From contig JBBSWJ010000008.1 of NCBI GenBank assembly GCA_038046345.1, positions 1-16,536 of the forward strand: 16,536 nucleotides of DNA, read 5' to 3'. The notes below the pieces were generated by a model, which saw only the letters and a list, made by a program, of their open reading frames with translations, made no database searches and had not been told where the DNA came from. Made by a program: the position numbers and the translations under genes. Source of the stretch: Nanobdellota archaeon (GTDB lineage Archaea; Nanobdellota; Nanobdellia; SCGC-AAA011-G17; JACPNG01). Shown here piece by piece: positions 14,799 through 16,536 of the stretch. How positions within the stretch are numbered: position 1 is the stretch's first letter; the number at the start of each line of letters is the position of its first letter.

Positions 14799-14957
14799 AT
14801 GGGTAGATCATACACTTATATATTGACTAAAAGAATAGCAAAACATGGAAAGCAGTCTATTATAGTCATTCCTAGCTTTTTGAGTGAGTTAAAATCTAAA
14901 ACACTTGCTGAAGTAAAGATTAGTATTCTAAAGGGGGTAGAAGATGGGGGTTTATAG
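14799..14957 (+). CDS. Small AbrB/MazE/SpoVT-like (swapped-hairpin) DNA-binding protein, 52 aa (below the ORF-track cutoff)
   Basis: MGRSYTYILTKRIAKHGKQSIIVIPSFLSELKSKTLAEVKISILKGVEDGGL; K.I.K.G....I.IP..L pattern; AGGTGG SD; overlaps the ATPase start by 14 nt. Confidence 0.68.
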   Translation: MGRSYTYILTKRIAKHGKQSIIVIPSFLSELKSKTLAEVKISILKGVEDGGL

Positions 14958-16428
14958 AAATTCAACTGAAGTGGTATCTGTGCATGGTATTCCAATGTAC
15001 ATGAATGATATTGCTAAAGCATGCTTACGTAGCCGGCTCAACTTATTCTTGCAAGGAGATACAGGAAGTGGAAAGACTCAATTAGCACACGATATGATGG
15101 GGCAGTTTGGTTTTAGTATGGGGGATGGTAAATTAATTCAAACTATTGCAGATAATTACCAAGATCGTGTAGACCAAAAAATTACTGTTGCCATGGATAC
15201 ATGTAAACTAGTTCCTACGGATCGAACATTGTTTGTGTTGGGGAGAAATGACATGGAGACCCGTGATCTTTTTCAACGATTTAATTTACATCGATTGCAG
15301 CAAAAAAGAACGTATGATCTGGAACCATTAGTAGATCCTTTAACTGGAGAAATTAATTGGTATTATCCATTGCTAAATAACCAAGATGTGTTTGTCTACA
15401 GAAAAATCTCTAATGATCAAGCAGCTGTTGTGAGATCACGATTAGAATCCTTAGCTGGAACGTCAGACGATATTCGTGAGTTAACGTCTAAGATTGATAC
15501 AAATTTGATTGTGGTAGATGAAATAACAAATTGTGTTCCTGCAGTTCGAGCACAGTTGTTTAATTTGTTTGATGGATTTATTGAAATTGGCGGAAACCCA
15601 TATCCTATCGGTGGCGGATATTCAGTGGGTATTGCTACCGGAAACATTGGTCCACAGTTTACAGAGTCATCTAATGAGCTAGGTCGTGCATTGTTAGATA
15701 GAATGCATGTGATCATTGATGTGGATCATTTCTTCCCACAGCCATCTGATACACTAGAAATTCTTGCAGGCAATACAGACCCAAGAGTGGTATTTGATGA
15801 TGCACAGTCTGGTAATAATACTGATGTACATTCTGGTGATCATATTATTAAACAATATCATGCTTCTATGAGAGTTCAGCCTAGCTTACAAAAATTATTG
15901 GTGGCAAATTATCTTCTTCATGGGCTTAGCGTTTGTATAGTGGGCGGTATGGAAGTTGATAAAAGAGAAATGAAAGACGCATGGCCGAATAAAGTGGATA
16001 ATCATGAGAAAGGCTCTGACGAAGCATTGATTTTTCCTGTATCACTGCGTGCAGCAAAAAGTATTCTTCGACTATCGAATGCATTAGATGGGATTGCATT
16101 GGAAAAAGGAGCAGAGAGCGAGGTAGTTGATGAAGGGTATCTTGATTCAATGATGCAAGCATTCAAATTAGTTGGAGCATATTCTGGAATTTTGAATGAA
16201 GGAATTGTACGCAATACATTTTTGGGAGATCGGTATGCAGCGATGGATGCAGTAATTCAAGCTACACATAGCCAATTTGAAATTATGAAAGCTCTAATTT
16301 ATTCCGGATTGAAGATGGTGCATGGAGGAAGAAGTGATGGTTCTATTCTTGATAAGTTTACTGGACGATGGAAATTTATGAGAAGTACTCTAGAAGGATT
16401 ATCAAATGCTAACCGGGAGTTATCATGA
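14944..16428 (+). CDS. MoxR/AAA_5-like AAA+ ATPase with insertions
   Basis: Walker A GDTGSGKT, Walker B LIVVDE, QLFNLFDG, sensor-1-like IATGN and Arg-finger ALLDRM; AAGGGGGT SD. Confidence 0.85.
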   Translation: MGVYRNSTEVVSVHGIPMYMNDIAKACLRSRLNLFLQGDTGSGKTQLAHDMMGQFGFSMGDGKLIQTIADNYQDRVDQKITVAMDTCKLVPTDRTLFVLGRNDMETRDLFQRFNLHRLQQKRTYDLEPLVDPLTGEINWYYPLLNNQDVFVYRKISNDQAAVVRSRLESLAGTSDDIRELTSKIDTNLIVVDEITNCVPAVRAQLFNLFDGFIEIGGNPYPIGGGYSVGIATGNIGPQFTESSNELGRALLDRMHVIIDVDHFFPQPSDTLEILAGNTDPRVVFDDAQSGNNTDVHSGDHIIKQYHASMRVQPSLQKLLVANYLLHGLSVCIVGGMEVDKREMKDAWPNKVDNHEKGSDEALIFPVSLRAAKSILRLSNALDGIALEKGAESEVVDEGYLDSMMQAFKLVGAYSGILNEGIVRNTFLGDRYAAMDAVIQATHSQFEIMKALIYSGLKMVHGGRSDGSILDKFTGRWKFMRSTLEGLSNANRELS

Positions 16429-16536
16429 CTCGTTTTAGGATCCCTAATAGTTTTTTAGGAGTGAATGATGCGAATTTGGAACAAGAGTTACAAAGGGTAG
16501 TAATTCCTATTGCTAAAACTGAACTTTCTGGAAGTG
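16425..16536 (+). CDS. 5' fragment of a translationally coupled partner gene (truncated by the window edge)
   Basis: ATGA overlap with the ATPase stop, GGGAG SD; MTRFRIPNSFLGVNDANLEQELQRVVIPIAKTELSGS, open to the edge. Confidence 0.65.
   Translation, partial: MTRFRIPNSFLGVNDANLEQELQRVVIPIAKTELSGS

Noticed and set aside
14392-14811. Minus-strand frame interrupted only by two TGA codons (possible Sec/Gly recoding)
   Set aside because: Several real genes here end in TGA, the product has no protein-like motif, there is no SECIS, and it overlaps the AbrB-like gene and promoters.
5382-16214. Remaining short opposite-strand ORFs inside real genes (e.g. 5382-5579, 6002-6292, 6963-7178, 8570-8872, 10819-11046, 13334-13839, 14014-14217, 15417-16214)
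   Set aside because: Fully nested in well-supported genes, with no motifs or translation signals.
1-16536. CRISPR array or rRNA
   Set aside because: No regularly spaced repeats and no rRNA-like sequence seen.

Overview
AT-rich, gene-dense archaeal chromosome segment, most consistent with a DPANN (Woesearchaeota/Nanoarchaeota-like) genome. This assignment is inferred from archaeal-type DnaG, TrmI, a PINA-family ATPase, an SRP RNA with an Alu domain, BHB-type tRNA introns and TATA-box promoters. Housekeeping genes: secD (partial), secF, agmatinase, PIN-ATPase-KH (PINA), trmI, msrA and dnaG. Accessory genes: a PIG-L deacetylase plus GT-B glycosyltransferase pair, several uncharacterised membrane or Cys-rich proteins, and at the right edge an AbrB-like mini-gene coupled to a MoxR-like AAA+ ATPase and a truncated partner gene. 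The ORF track misses four RNA genes: tRNA-Gly(TCC) with two non-canonical 30-nt BHB introns (23/24 and 53/54), a probable tRNA-Arg(CCT) with a 14-nt intron and C at position 33, tRNA-Leu(CAA), and a ~272-nt SRP RNA that appears to lack helix 6. It also misses secD, a 52-aa ORF and the last partial ORF. A candidate unannotated structured RNA with its own well-spaced TATA box lies upstream of dnaG (14409-14480, minus strand). All folds and alignments were done by eye; no database search was run.
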